A DNA stretch of 64,000 bases from an uncultured delta proteobacterium. Lineage in GTDB: Bacteria > Desulfobacterota > Binatia > UBA9968. The stretch is from the NCBI GenBank assembly GCA_963840855.1, contig CAWJBB010000053.1:20996-84995 (forward strand). The letters are read 5' to 3'. This document shows positions 1 to 9,615 of this stretch, in pieces; the first letter of the stretch is position 1; each line of letters begins with the position of its first letter. Below the pieces are notes generated by a model, which searched no databases, was not told the origin of the DNA, and saw only the letters and a list, made by a program, of their open reading frames with translations. The translations under genes were made by a program, and so were the position numbers.

Positions 1-554
1 CCTTAAATCCGAGACTTCTGCGATGCCGCGACGCTCGCCTTACTACGATGTCGTCACAGGTAACGAAGTAGTCGCATCGTCCGTGTTCCGCGCAGGCCAA
101 ATGCAGAGCGTCTCTGGGTCTTATTTTGCTAACTCTTACAACCCGCTTGGCCAATGTCAGAATCTCAGGTGACGGCGTAATTGTATCCGTGCACAGCCGG
201 GATGACAACTGCACCCATTCTTTGCGATCCTCATAAGGATTCAGACCGTTTTCATAGTCCAATACGAATGACCACACTAGCGTTAAGATTTTCTTTGCGG
301 CGAGCGCGTAAATTCCCTCGATAGCCGTGCTTTCCAGCCGGATGCGTAGCTGGCTTGGATCGTCAAAGCAGCGATTATATATGTTCATATCGCAGTATAT
401 TCTCACCGTGAAAATCCGGCTTCATGCCGACCGTCTGCTTTAAAAATATTTACGTCATTCTACGTTACGTCTGCACGTATTGACAAGCTTACTTTGCGAA
501 TCGCAGGGCGGTTGCCTAATTTTCCCATCCCTGCAATAAATTTAGCCACTCATA

Positions 555-1730
555 ATGGCGAATTTTATCGATAAGGAGTTGGATAGTCTTAAGCAAGCCG
601 GCCTCTATCGAACCCTGCGCCGTGTGGACGGAGACCAGGGGCCGACCTTGCTTTTGGACGGCCGGGAAGTCGTTAACTTCTCATCGAACAATTATCTCGG
701 CCTCGCCAACCATCCGGCGCTGCGCGAAGCCGCCAAGGCCGCCATCGACCGTTACGGTTGCGGCTCCGGCGCATCGCGCCTGATCTCGGGAAACATGGCG
801 CTTCACGAAGAGTTGGAAGCGAAAATCGCCGAGTTCAAGGGAACCGAAGCGGCGTTGGTTTTCAACTCCGGCTTTCAGGCAAATACCGGAGTCATCCCGG
901 CGCTGGTCGGTCCCGACGACGTAGTTTTCAGCGACGCGCTGAATCACGCCAGCATCATCGACGGTTGTCGGCTGGCGCGGGCCAAGATCGTCGTTTACGA
1001 GCACTGCAATATGGATCAGCTGCAACGAGGTCTGCAAGAAGCGCCGAGGGATGGCCGCAAGCTGATCGTCACAGAATCGTTGTTCAGCATGGACGGCGAC
1101 GAAGCGCCGCTCGCAGAAATTGTCGAACTCGCGGAACGCTACGGCGCCGTAGTAATGATCGATGAGGCCCATGCCACCGGCGTGTACGAACCGAACGGCG
1201 CGGGTTTGATCGCCAAGCTCGACCTGGGCGGGCGCGTGTTGGTGCAGATGGGTACTCTGGGCAAAGCGTTGGGCGGCTTTGGCGCCTATATTGCGGGAAG
1301 CAGGGCGCTGAGAGAGTTGTTGATCAATCGCTGCCGCAGTTTCATTTTCACGACCTCGCTGCCGCCGGCGGTGATGGCGATGGCCATCGCCGCCATCGAG
1401 CTGGTTCGAAAGGAGCCGGAACGACGCGCGGCGCTGCGGCGAAATTGCCAAACTTTGCGAAGCGGCCTCCAGGCGCTTGGTTACAAGGTCGGTGGCAGCC
1501 AGAGCCAGATCCTGCCGCTCATCGTCGGCGACGCCGACGCGTGCATGAAATTCTCCGAGTATTTATTATCCCGCGGCGTGTTTGCCCAGGGGATTCGCCC
1601 GCCCACGGTGCCGCCGGCAACCTCGCGCCTGCGAATTACCGTAATGGCAACCCACCCACCGGATCACCTGCGCCAGGCGCTGGCGGTTTTTGAAGAAGCG
1701 CGTGATCTGCATCGGGACGCTCGTGAATAA
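555..1730 (+). CDS. bioF: 8-amino-7-oxononanoate synthase
   Basis: NFSSNNYLGL, SDALNHASIIDG, DEAH, GTLGKALG PLP motifs; next to bioA/bioD. Confidence 0.95.
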   Translation: MANFIDKELDSLKQAGLYRTLRRVDGDQGPTLLLDGREVVNFSSNNYLGLANHPALREAAKAAIDRYGCGSGASRLISGNMALHEELEAKIAEFKGTEAALVFNSGFQANTGVIPALVGPDDVVFSDALNHASIIDGCRLARAKIVVYEHCNMDQLQRGLQEAPRDGRKLIVTESLFSMDGDEAPLAEIVELAERYGAVVMIDEAHATGVYEPNGAGLIAKLDLGGRVLVQMGTLGKALGGFGAYIAGSRALRELLINRCRSFIFTTSLPPAVMAMAIAAIELVRKEPERRAALRRNCQTLRSGLQALGYKVGGSQSQILPLIVGDADACMKFSEYLLSRGVFAQGIRPPTVPPATSRLRITVMATHPPDHLRQALAVFEEARDLHRDARE

Positions 1731-1740
1731 ATTAAGACGC

Positions 1741-1822
1741 CTCATCCGTCATTCCCGCGCATGCGGGAATCTAGGCCACAGAAATGGTTCTGGATGCCCG
1801 CTTTCGCGGGCATGACGATGAG
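1741..1822. repeat. REP/MITE-like double palindrome (ATTCCC-N8-GGGAAT type)
   Basis: GTC-ATTCCC-gcgcatgc-GGGAAT at 1748-1770 and inverted ATGCCC-gctttcgc-GGGCAT-GAC at 1794-1816. Confidence 0.75.
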
Positions 1823-1870
1823 CAGTCATCGAATGTTTTTGCGGGCTCCTGGACAGGATATTAGAGATTT

Positions 1871-1905
1871 GACGATTGAGAATCGAGGATAGAAGATCGA
1901 CGGCC
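1871..1905. repeat. heptamer tandem array, GA(G/A)GAT-type word, single arm
   Basis: gacgatt gagaatc gaggata gaagatc; same word as 8064-8121. Confidence 0.7.
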
Positions 1906-1917
1906 CGAAGTAACACG

Positions 1918-3270
1918 ATGGATTACGAAGCTCTCAAGCGACTGGACCACAAGTATCTCTGGCACCCGTTTACGCAGATGCAGGAATGGGTGGCCGAGGA
2001 GCCCTGCATCATCAGCGAAGGCGACGGGCATTATCTGATCGATGTTCACGGCCGAAAATATTTGGACGGCGTCTCGTCCCTCTGGTGCAATGTCCACGGC
2101 CATCGCAAGAAAGAAATCGACGACGCGGTTAAAGCACAGCTCGACCGCATCGCCCATTCGACCTTGCTCGGCTTGAGCCATGTGCCGGGCATTCAATTGG
2201 CCGAGAAGCTGATCGCGATCGCGCCCACGGGACTCAAGCGGGTTTTTTACTCCGACAACGGCGCCACGGCCGTCGAGATCGCGCTCAAAATGGCGGTGCA
2301 ATATTGCCAGCTCAAGGGGACGAAGCAGCGGACGGGGATAGCGACTCTGGCGCAGTCCTACCACGGTGACACCGTGGGCTCCATGAGTATGGGCTACTCG
2401 GAAACCTTTCACCGGTTCCACAAGAGCCTGCTGTTCCCGGTGCTGCGCATCACGCCGCCGCACCTGTTTCGCTATGGTCAGGGCATGAGCGAGAGCGCCG
2501 CGCTCGGTGCGGCGATGAACGAAGCGGAAGAAAAACTTGGGCAAAACAAAGACAGTCTGGCCGCGCTGGTCATGGAACCGCTCATGCAAGGCGCCGCGGG
2601 CATGTGGTCGCAGCCCGTCGAGTACGTCAAGGCAATGGCGGAACTATGCCGGCGCAGCGGAATCCTTTTCGTCCTCGATGAGGTCGCCACCGGCTTCGGC
2701 CGCACCGGCAAGATGTTCGCGGCTGAACACGCCGGCGTGACGCCGGATATTCTCTGCCTTGCCAAGGGCATCACCGGCGGCTATCTGCCGCTGGCTGCGA
2801 CAGTTACGACGGAGGAGGTCTATGCGGCATTTCTCGGCGACTACGACGAGTTCAAAACTTTCTTTCATGGCCACACCTACACCGGCAATCCGCTCGGTTG
2901 CGCCGCGGCGCTGGCCAGCCTCGAACTGTTCGAACGGGAAAACATCATAGAAAAAATGCAGCCAAGGATCGCGTGCTTGCACAGACGGCTCGCCGGCGAG
3001 TTCTTGCGGTTGCCCCATGTAAGCGACGTGCGCCAATGGGGCTACATGATCGGCATTGAATTGGTCGAAGACAAGAAAAGCCTGAAGAATTACGCGACGG
3101 AGCGAAGGATCGGCCACAAGGTGATCGTCGCAGCGCGCAATCATGGGGTGATGATCCGCCCGCTAGGCGACGTGATCATACTGATGCCGCCTTTAACCAT
3201 CACCGATGACGAGCTCACGACGCTCTTGAACGTGGTTTATGACTGCATTCGCAGTGTTACGGAGGGTTAA
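1918..3270 (+). CDS. bioA: adenosylmethionine-8-amino-7-oxononanoate aminotransferase
   Basis: WHPFTQM, SSLWCNVHGH, DEVATGFGRTG, AKGITGGYLP, HGHTYTGNP; ATG at 1918 preferred because the upstream extension is repeat-derived. Confidence 0.95.
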   Translation: MDYEALKRLDHKYLWHPFTQMQEWVAEEPCIISEGDGHYLIDVHGRKYLDGVSSLWCNVHGHRKKEIDDAVKAQLDRIAHSTLLGLSHVPGIQLAEKLIAIAPTGLKRVFYSDNGATAVEIALKMAVQYCQLKGTKQRTGIATLAQSYHGDTVGSMSMGYSETFHRFHKSLLFPVLRITPPHLFRYGQGMSESAALGAAMNEAEEKLGQNKDSLAALVMEPLMQGAAGMWSQPVEYVKAMAELCRRSGILFVLDEVATGFGRTGKMFAAEHAGVTPDILCLAKGITGGYLPLAATVTTEEVYAAFLGDYDEFKTFFHGHTYTGNPLGCAAALASLELFERENIIEKMQPRIACLHRRLAGEFLRLPHVSDVRQWGYMIGIELVEDKKSLKNYATERRIGHKVIVAARNHGVMIRPLGDVIILMPPLTITDDELTTLLNVVYDCIRSVTEG

Positions 3271-3296
3271 CCGATCTTTTGGGGCATGCGGTAGCT

Positions 3297-3364
3297 TCAT
3301 TCTGAGGCCGCAGGCCGAAGAATCTCAATGCAGATCCTTCGTCGCTCTCGCTCCTCAGGATGAC
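3297..3364. repeat. REP-like inverted repeat element
   Basis: TCATTCTGAGG...GAAGAATCT / AGATCCTTC...CCTCAGGATGA between bioA and bioD. Confidence 0.7.
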
Positions 3365-3399
3365 AAACCTCTGAAGGTTCGGAGGACTGTGGCTTCTCT

Positions 3400-4104
3400 A
3401 TGGGTCAAGGGATTTTCATCACCGGCACGGACACCGGCGTCGGCAAGACCTACGTGACATGCGGTCTCGCCGCGCTCCTCCGCGAGTCCGGTTATCGCGT
3501 CGGCGTCATGAAGCCGGCTGAAACCGGTTGCGACGGCGGCGATGGCAAACTGGTGCCGCAAGACGCGCTGGCGCTGAAGGCCGCGGCCGGGTGCGAATTT
3601 TCTCTGGAAAAAATCTGTCCCTATCAATTCCGCGAGCCGCTGGCGCCGAGCGTCGCCGCTGAGCGTGAAGGACGGCGCATCGACGTCGAACGGCTGATGG
3701 ATATCTACCGCGAGATCAGCGCCGCCCACGATATTACCCTTGTCGAAGGCGCGGGCGGTTTGATGGTGCCGCTCGTGCCGAGCTACACCTACGCCGATTT
3801 CGCAAGTGTCTTGAAACTGCTAGTAATCGTCGTAGCGGCGAACAAGCTCGGTGCCATCAATCATTTGCTGTTGACGCTGGAGCATGCGAGCTGCAAGGAT
3901 CTCGGAGTCCTCGGGTATGTTCTGAATCAGCTGGAGCCCGCGACGTCGCTGGCGGCGGAGACCAATCGCGAGGCACTCTTCTCGCTCACGGCTGTGCCAT
4001 GTTTGGGCGAGCTGTCCTACGCTGGAGTCGCCGCGGGAGCAACGGCTGCGGTCGGTGCAGAATTGGATAGCAAGTTTCTCGCCGCGTTATTGCCGAGTCG
4101 GTAG
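3400..4104 (+). CDS. bioD: dethiobiotin synthase
   Basis: ITGTDTGVGKT P-loop, KPAETG, VEGAGG, LGAINH. Confidence 0.95.
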   Translation: MGQGIFITGTDTGVGKTYVTCGLAALLRESGYRVGVMKPAETGCDGGDGKLVPQDALALKAAAGCEFSLEKICPYQFREPLAPSVAAEREGRRIDVERLMDIYREISAAHDITLVEGAGGLMVPLVPSYTYADFASVLKLLVIVVAANKLGAINHLLLTLEHASCKDLGVLGYVLNQLEPATSLAAETNREALFSLTAVPCLGELSYAGVAAGATAAVGAELDSKFLAALLPSR

Positions 4105-4142
4105 AAGGCTATGCGGACGGGAAAGCCAATAGGAGATGTTTT

Positions 4143-4910
4143 GTGAGAAAACTCTTGATTCGACTGCGACAGCAGTTGGGCGCGACAAAGATTGCGCGCA
4201 GAGTATATCGCCGGCTGCCGTCCAACAAGCGCTGCAAGGAATGTCTCGTGCCTTTCCTCGGATTGTTCTCCATTCCTTTCAGCCTGGTGCACATCAGGCC
4301 CTCGCGCAAGAATCCCAACCTGTGCACCCTTTGATATGAGCTGGCTCCTCCGGGCGGGGAGCTCTGCCATATCTCGGTGCTCTTCGTTGACGTGCGCGGC
4401 TTTACGTCGCTGGCGGAGCGGCTGCCGCCCGCGGAAGTGGCGCAGCGTCTCAATCGCTTCTACGCTCTCGCCTCCAAGGCTATTTTTCACTATGACGGCA
4501 CGCTGGACAAGCTCGTCGGCGATCAGGTCATGGCTTTTTTCGGCGCACCGCTCTACGCCGAGGATCACCCGGCCAGAGCGGTGCAAGTGGCGGTAAGAAT
4601 TCTCGAAGGGGTCAAGGATCTTGCTCAGGGAGGCGGCCTGAAGGTCGGCGCCGGCATCGCCACGGGGGAGGCCTTTGTCGGCAACGTGGGGGAAGGTGCG
4701 GTGACGGACTATACGGTGCTCGGAGATACAGTCAACGTGGCGGCGCGCCTGCAGGGCGCCGCCGCGGCCGGACAGATACTCGTCACCGAAGAAACCTATG
4801 CGCAGGTCGCGGCCAAGTTTCCCAATCTTCCGAGTCGCGATATCGAGCTGAAGGGGAAAAGCGAACCGGTCCGCGTCCGAGCGATTGTCGTGAATGGCAT
4901 CCGAGATTGA
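4143..4910 (+). CDS. class III adenylate cyclase with N-terminal CxxC...CxxU module; in-frame TGA at 4332-4334 (candidate selenocysteine)
   Basis: ORFs 4143-4334 and 4377-4910 are in one frame separated only by TGA; AGGAG RBS at 4131; FVDVRGFT, DKLVGD, GDTVNVAARL cyclase motifs. Confidence 0.8.
4333..4373 (+). promoter_or_regulatory. candidate bacterial SECIS hairpin
   Basis: GATATG(4333-38)/CATATC(4368-73) lower stem; GCTCC(4344-48)/GGAGC(4358-62) upper stem; bulged U4349; GGGC apical loop starting 17 nt after UGA (folded by eye). Confidence 0.65.
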
Positions 4911-4973
4911 CCGAGCGCCCATGGGTCGCGCCATCTCACCAGAAAACCAATAGAAAATTGCGAATGCTTTCCG

Positions 4974-5357
4974 TCAAGACTTCCGTTTTTCCTCGTTAAT
5001 GAAGTTAAGAATTTTTTGGCGGAGATCTTCGTCGGCACGCGCAATCTCGAAGATCTGGCTGTAACTTTCTTCAGTGAGTCCTTCCTTCGTCAGAGCTCCT
5101 TGCATCTTTGATACCGCTTCATTTTGAATTTCTTTGCCCTCTTCTGGATTCTTAGCTTCTTTCAGCCGAGGCTCATACACTTGCCGAATCTTCTCAACCT
5201 CCACGTAAACTTTTGCGAAAGACCTGAGTTGGCTCTCACTCACGCTCAGTTGCGGCTTGAGCGATTCTTGCGCCTGAACTTGTTTTGCGCATGGAAGGAT
5301 GAGAAATCCGGCGACAAAAATCGCTGCGACGGTCTTCAGACTCGCTATTTGCATCAC
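4974..5357 (-). CDS. DUF4168-like exported protein
   Basis: signal peptide; SESQLRSFAKVYVEVEKIRQ and GLTEESYSQI helical pattern. Confidence 0.75.
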   Translation of the reverse strand: MMQIASLKTVAAIFVAGFLILPCAKQVQAQESLKPQLSVSESQLRSFAKVYVEVEKIRQVYEPRLKEAKNPEEGKEIQNEAVSKMQGALTKEGLTEESYSQIFEIARADEDLRQKILNFINEEKRKS

Positions 5358-5391
5358 CTACCTCCTTCTGGGAAAAGATTTCTTTTTTTGG

Positions 5392-5408
5392 AGCAATACA
5401 CATGCCAA
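5392..5408 (-). promoter_or_regulatory. sigma-54 -24/-12 promoter
   Basis: minus strand TTGGCATGTGTATTGCT, GG-N10-GC, 35 nt before the start. Confidence 0.75.
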
Positions 5409-5573
5409 TCGTCTCCAGCATGATTATCCAACGTTATTAGATAGATCTTTGTGTCGCGGAGGATGTCGTTGAATGAGTTTCCCTGCAGCTCAGACCAGAA
5501 ATCTCTAACAAGATGGGAGTTTGCTCAATTGCGCAAATCCGCAGCAGATTGCATATTGGGCGGGGTCGTTTCC

Positions 5574-6836
5574 TCAACGACGGCGCATTTCGGTTCCGAA
5601 ACTTCTTAAGTTCGGCAGCATTATCCAGCAGACCAAGGTAAGCAGTCCGCCGACGGCGCAGCCGACGAGCAGTGCGCCGGGCGCTCCTATGAGCGCGGCG
5701 ATGAAACCCACTTCGGTTGCGCCCACCGCGCTCGCTCCTTGAGAGAACATGTTGAAAACGGCGAAAGCTCGGCCGCGAACTTGATCTGGAGTTAGAAGAT
5801 GAAAGGTGGTCTGGCGCATAACCGCTTGCAGTGAATTCACGAGTCCCAGGACGCCGAGTAGAAAGACCGACAGCCAGAAGTTCGTCGATAGTGCGAAAAT
5901 GCCCACGGCCACCGCGTAAGTAAGAAACGACCAGAGTACCACAAGTCCTTTGTGCTCGACATCGCCGATCAGAAGCAGAAGGAAGGTTCCGATAATCCCG
6001 CCGACCGCCGGAGCCGAGGACAATACACCGAAGCCCGCAGGTCCCACGGACAGAATATCTTTGGCAAAGATCGGCAACAGCGGCCGGTAACAGCCCGCGC
6101 CGGCGACTATGAAGTCGAGCACGACCATCGCTAAGATAATGGGCTCTGAACCAAGAAACCGCAGGCCGCCTAAAAAACTGCCAACGGAAAATGCTTCCTT
6201 TTTGTGATCCGGTGCTGCCGATGTTTGCATGAGAATAATGCCGATTGCTGCGGGGAGATAGAATATTGCATTGAATAGATACGCGCTGCCGATATCCATC
6301 CATTCAAGACTGACGCCGGCTACCATAGGGCCGATGAAATGGGACGCTTGACCGACGCTGGAATTTAACGACACCGCATTGGTAAGATGGGAACGGGGTA
6401 CGAGCTTCGAGATCAGCGCCATCCGAGCCGGATTGAGGACGATATTCAGCGCCGAAGTCAGAGCGGTGCCGACGAGGATATGCCAAACGCGAACGGCGCC
6501 GGTCAGGGTCAAGGTCCCCAGCGCGACGGCAACCAGCAAGTTTCCCGCCACAGTGATGAGGAGCAGCTTCTTGCGGTCGACAAAGTCCGCCAATGTCCCG
6601 CCGAACAGTCCCAGGGCAAATAAAGGAATTCCTTGTGCTAAACCCGTCAGCCCAAGCTGAAAGGCGGAGCCTGATAATTCATAAACCTGATAGAGATTCT
6701 GGATCTGGCGCATGTGCTGTGCCGTCGTGGCAGAAAGCGCAACGAAAAAAAGCAGGCGGTAATCGCGGTACGCGAGAGATGCCCACGGCCGGAGCGCAAG
6801 GGCCGGTCCGCGGCTTGGTTGTGGATCAGCGGCCAT
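5574..6836 (-). CDS. MFS transporter (MFS_3/EntS-like)
   Basis: about 12 hydrophobic segments, GGTLADFVDRKK motif A, RGRAF. Confidence 0.9.
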   Translation of the reverse strand: MAADPQPSRGPALALRPWASLAYRDYRLLFFVALSATTAQHMRQIQNLYQVYELSGSAFQLGLTGLAQGIPLFALGLFGGTLADFVDRKKLLLITVAGNLLVAVALGTLTLTGAVRVWHILVGTALTSALNIVLNPARMALISKLVPRSHLTNAVSLNSSVGQASHFIGPMVAGVSLEWMDIGSAYLFNAIFYLPAAIGIILMQTSAAPDHKKEAFSVGSFLGGLRFLGSEPIILAMVVLDFIVAGAGCYRPLLPIFAKDILSVGPAGFGVLSSAPAVGGIIGTFLLLLIGDVEHKGLVVLWSFLTYAVAVGIFALSTNFWLSVFLLGVLGLVNSLQAVMRQTTFHLLTPDQVRGRAFAVFNMFSQGASAVGATEVGFIAALIGAPGALLVGCAVGGLLTLVCWIMLPNLRSFGTEMRRR

Positions 6837-6849
6837 TACGTGGCGGGTG

Positions 6850-8016
6850 CTACCTGCGATAATTCCTCATGACCTCGTCGTGAAGAAGTTTCAGCGGGAT
6901 TTTCTTGGCGGCGGCGATCTTTCTCAGATCGTCGTATTCGGGCGCAGCGCGTTTTCTGCCGCCGGGAAGCTCGGCGACTTTGACCCGGACGTTGCCGTAG
7001 CGCGTCTTTACGTTTTCCAGCGAACGGTTGAGGATCACTCGGCCCACCGGGTAGAAGCGAACGCCGATGCTGGTGGTTTCATCCAGGAGGATGCGCGCTA
7101 GCTCGTCGCGGTCTTTAGGTTCGGCAATCACGCTGAGCAGTGTGGCCGGCCGGTTCTTCTTCATCTGCACCGGCGCGAGAAACACGTCGCGGGCGCCGGC
7201 GGCGAAGAGGCGGTCCATGACATAATCGTGGAACTGGGGATTCATGTCATCGATGTTGGTCTCGATGACGAGCATGGATTCTTCTTTCCATCCGGCTTCG
7301 CCGCCGGAACCTAGAACGACGCGAAAGAGATTGGGGCGATGAGCAAACTCTTTTTGCCCAGTGCCGTAACCGACGCTCTCGACGGTCATGGGCGAATGCG
7401 CGCCGAAGCTTTTGCCCAACGCGCTGACAATGGCCGCGCCGGTGGGCGTTACGGTTTCATCGTCGACATCGATTCCTTTGACGGGAAGTCCCTTGAGCAA
7501 TTCGAGCGTCGCTGGCCCTGGAACCGGCAGCGGACCATGCCGTGTCCGGGTAAGGCCGCGGCCCAACGGAATGGGCGAAAAATGAAATGCCTCGATCCTT
7601 AACTCATGCGCGGCCACGGCGGCGCCGACAATATCGACGATCGAATCGGTGGCGCCAACTTCGTGAAAGTGAACCTTGTCCACGGGAATACCGTGGACCT
7701 TGGCTTCGGCTTCGGCGAGGCGAGCAAATATCTTGAGCGCAGTGTCTTTGACATCGGGATGAAGCTTGCTGCGCCGGATCAGCCGTCGAATCTGGTTCCA
7801 CGACCGGGCCGGATCGTTTTGCCCGCAGACCACGTGAAATTGGACAGCGCGGATGCCGTGGACGGTTTTCTTCGAAGTCTTCAGGCCAAACCGCAGAACG
7901 GGAATTTTCTTAAGCTCGCTTTTCAACTTGGCAAGCGATAAACCGGCATCGAGAAGCGCCGCGACAAACATGTCGCCGCTGACGCCGCCGATCAGGTCTC
8001 CGTAGGCGATTTTCAC
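6850..8016 (-). CDS. larC: nickel-pincer cofactor biosynthesis protein LarC
   Basis: GVSGDM, VHFHEVGATDSIVD, HGPLPVPGPAT, TPTGAA, ETNIDD, MKKNRP, ETTSIGVR, PEYDD. Confidence 0.93.
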   Translation of the reverse strand: MKIAYGDLIGGVSGDMFVAALLDAGLSLAKLKSELKKIPVLRFGLKTSKKTVHGIRAVQFHVVCGQNDPARSWNQIRRLIRRSKLHPDVKDTALKIFARLAEAEAKVHGIPVDKVHFHEVGATDSIVDIVGAAVAAHELRIEAFHFSPIPLGRGLTRTRHGPLPVPGPATLELLKGLPVKGIDVDDETVTPTGAAIVSALGKSFGAHSPMTVESVGYGTGQKEFAHRPNLFRVVLGSGGEAGWKEESMLVIETNIDDMNPQFHDYVMDRLFAAGARDVFLAPVQMKKNRPATLLSVIAEPKDRDELARILLDETTSIGVRFYPVGRVILNRSLENVKTRYGNVRVKVAELPGGRKRAAPEYDDLRKIAAAKKIPLKLLHDEVMRNYRR

Positions 8017-8063
8017 GGCGTACCCCGGCGATGCATAGATAGTCGCGCGGTTCCCATGGAGGC

Positions 8064-8121
8064 GAGGACAGAGAATAGAGGATAGAAGATCGCGATTCTC
8101 AATCCTCTATCTTCGATCCCC
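8064..8121. repeat. inverted heptamer array pair (GAGGATA-type)
   Basis: gaggaca gagaata gaggata gaagatc - gc - gattctc aatcctc tatcttc gatcccc. Confidence 0.85.
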
Positions 8122-8128
8122 GGTGTAT

Positions 8129-9340
8129 TCACCAATCCCGATGCGCTTCCCTGCCGCTGGTCTCGACGCGGACGATTTCCGCCTTGAACGGTTTTCCGAG
8201 CAGCGTGTCGATGAGCCAGTTGATCACCAGCGGACGCGCCCGCGGGCTGCGGATCGAATGTCTCTCGCCTTCGAAGACGTAGAGCAGTTTTGGCGCCGGT
8301 ATCTCGCCCATTAGTTCGTAGACAAACTTCATATCGCAGTGCTCATCGTCTTCGCCGGCGACGACCATGTAGGGGCAAGTTATTCTGGAGGTGACCCCTT
8401 TCAGCGTGAGCGTCTTGGCGAATTCGTCGAAGGCCGCTTCGTCCTCATAGCCCGACATGTACATGTAATTGAGTTTGAACGTCGGCGACGACATGTTGAA
8501 GATTGCGTACTGGCCGGGTTCCATGCAGACACCGCTCACGGCGCAGGCCTTGAAGCGTTTTTCTGCAGCGACCACGCGGGGCGCCCAATAGGACCCCATG
8601 CTGGAACCCATGACGCCGATGCGCCCGGCGTCGATCTCCGGCCGTTTGACCAAGTAATCGCAGGCGAGCTTGCCCGCGTCGGCGTAATTCGCCGCGTTGC
8701 ACACAAGACCGCCCTCGCGGGTCTCTCCCTGGCCGGGGCCGTCGATGGCCAGCACCGCGAAACCCCGTTCGAGAAACGGATCGCCGGCGGCCGGATTGTC
8801 TTCCTTCACGCCGTCCATGCCGGGGATGTACATGATACAGGGAACTTTTTCACCGGTTCTTGTATTCGGTGGCAGGTGCAAAATCGCATGAATTTTTTTG
8901 CCGTCGTAAGGCAGCTCGACGCGCTCGATGGGCCGGCCGGCGTATTGGATAAACTTGTCGTAGCAAGCACGTTTGCGCTCCTGCCAATGGATGCGCTGGG
9001 GATTACCATCTTCGTAGATCGCCCACATAGCGTTGGTGTAGAAACAGGACGCGATATAGTAATGCTCGCGGGCTTCGGGCCAATGGCCGGCACTCTCCTC
9101 CGCACGCGCCTGTTCTTCACGGCGCGCCGCGGCGCGGGAGAATTCGCGCGTGATATCGACGAATTTCTGGATTCTCCGGCAAATTTCCTGAAGATCGCTT
9201 TGGACGCCGGGGCCGCAGTTGCGCAGTATCTTTCCCGTTCTTCCCTGGTCCCAATCGATGCCGCGGGTTTGAATCACTTGATCCAATATCCAGCGCTGCT
9301 CGCGCCAGCGCCTCACTTTTCGTTCTGTTTCGATTCGCAT
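8129..9340 (-). CDS. alpha/beta hydrolase (FrsA / dihydroxypseudooxynicotine hydrolase-like)
   Basis: PGMDGVKE, DGPGQGE, GSSMG nucleophile elbow, GEDD and RH catalytic positions. Confidence 0.8.
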   Translation of the reverse strand: MRIETERKVRRWREQRWILDQVIQTRGIDWDQGRTGKILRNCGPGVQSDLQEICRRIQKFVDITREFSRAAARREEQARAEESAGHWPEAREHYYIASCFYTNAMWAIYEDGNPQRIHWQERKRACYDKFIQYAGRPIERVELPYDGKKIHAILHLPPNTRTGEKVPCIMYIPGMDGVKEDNPAAGDPFLERGFAVLAIDGPGQGETREGGLVCNAANYADAGKLACDYLVKRPEIDAGRIGVMGSSMGSYWAPRVVAAEKRFKACAVSGVCMEPGQYAIFNMSSPTFKLNYMYMSGYEDEAAFDEFAKTLTLKGVTSRITCPYMVVAGEDDEHCDMKFVYELMGEIPAPKLLYVFEGERHSIRSPRARPLVINWLIDTLLGKPFKAEIVRVETSGREAHRDW

Positions 9341-9374
9341 GAGACCTCCGTGGGTCGAGCCATACGGGTTGACG

Positions 9375-9465
9375 GTTCAAAGTTCAAGTTCAAGGTTCAA
9401 GGTTTCGCGTTCAAGGTTGAGGTTGGGACTCGCGGACGTTGAACTTTGAACGTTGAACCTTGAAC
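9375..9465. repeat. inverted heptamer array pair (GTTCAAG-type)
   Basis: about 6 x GTTCAAN, short spacer, then 4 x NTTGAAC. Confidence 0.9.
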
Positions 9466-9615
9466 GAAATCGTGGCGACGACTCTAGTCAAAAACCGCGG
9501 CGATGGCAAATTCCGCACCGAACGGCAGAGCAATCGCCGCTGGTTGATTCTCCATAATTTTTATGATTAAAAACAATCGTAGCCTATCTTGCTGGGATCA
9601 TTACGGAAATTCACG

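Noticed and set aside
1-554. Possible BirA operator, riboswitch or gene end upstream of bioF
   Set aside because: No convincing BirA palindrome or RNA motif; the open frame at 2-172 has no recognisable motif.
9375-9465. Repeat arrays as CRISPR
   Set aside because: Units are 7-9 bp, contiguous, without unique spacers; no cas genes.
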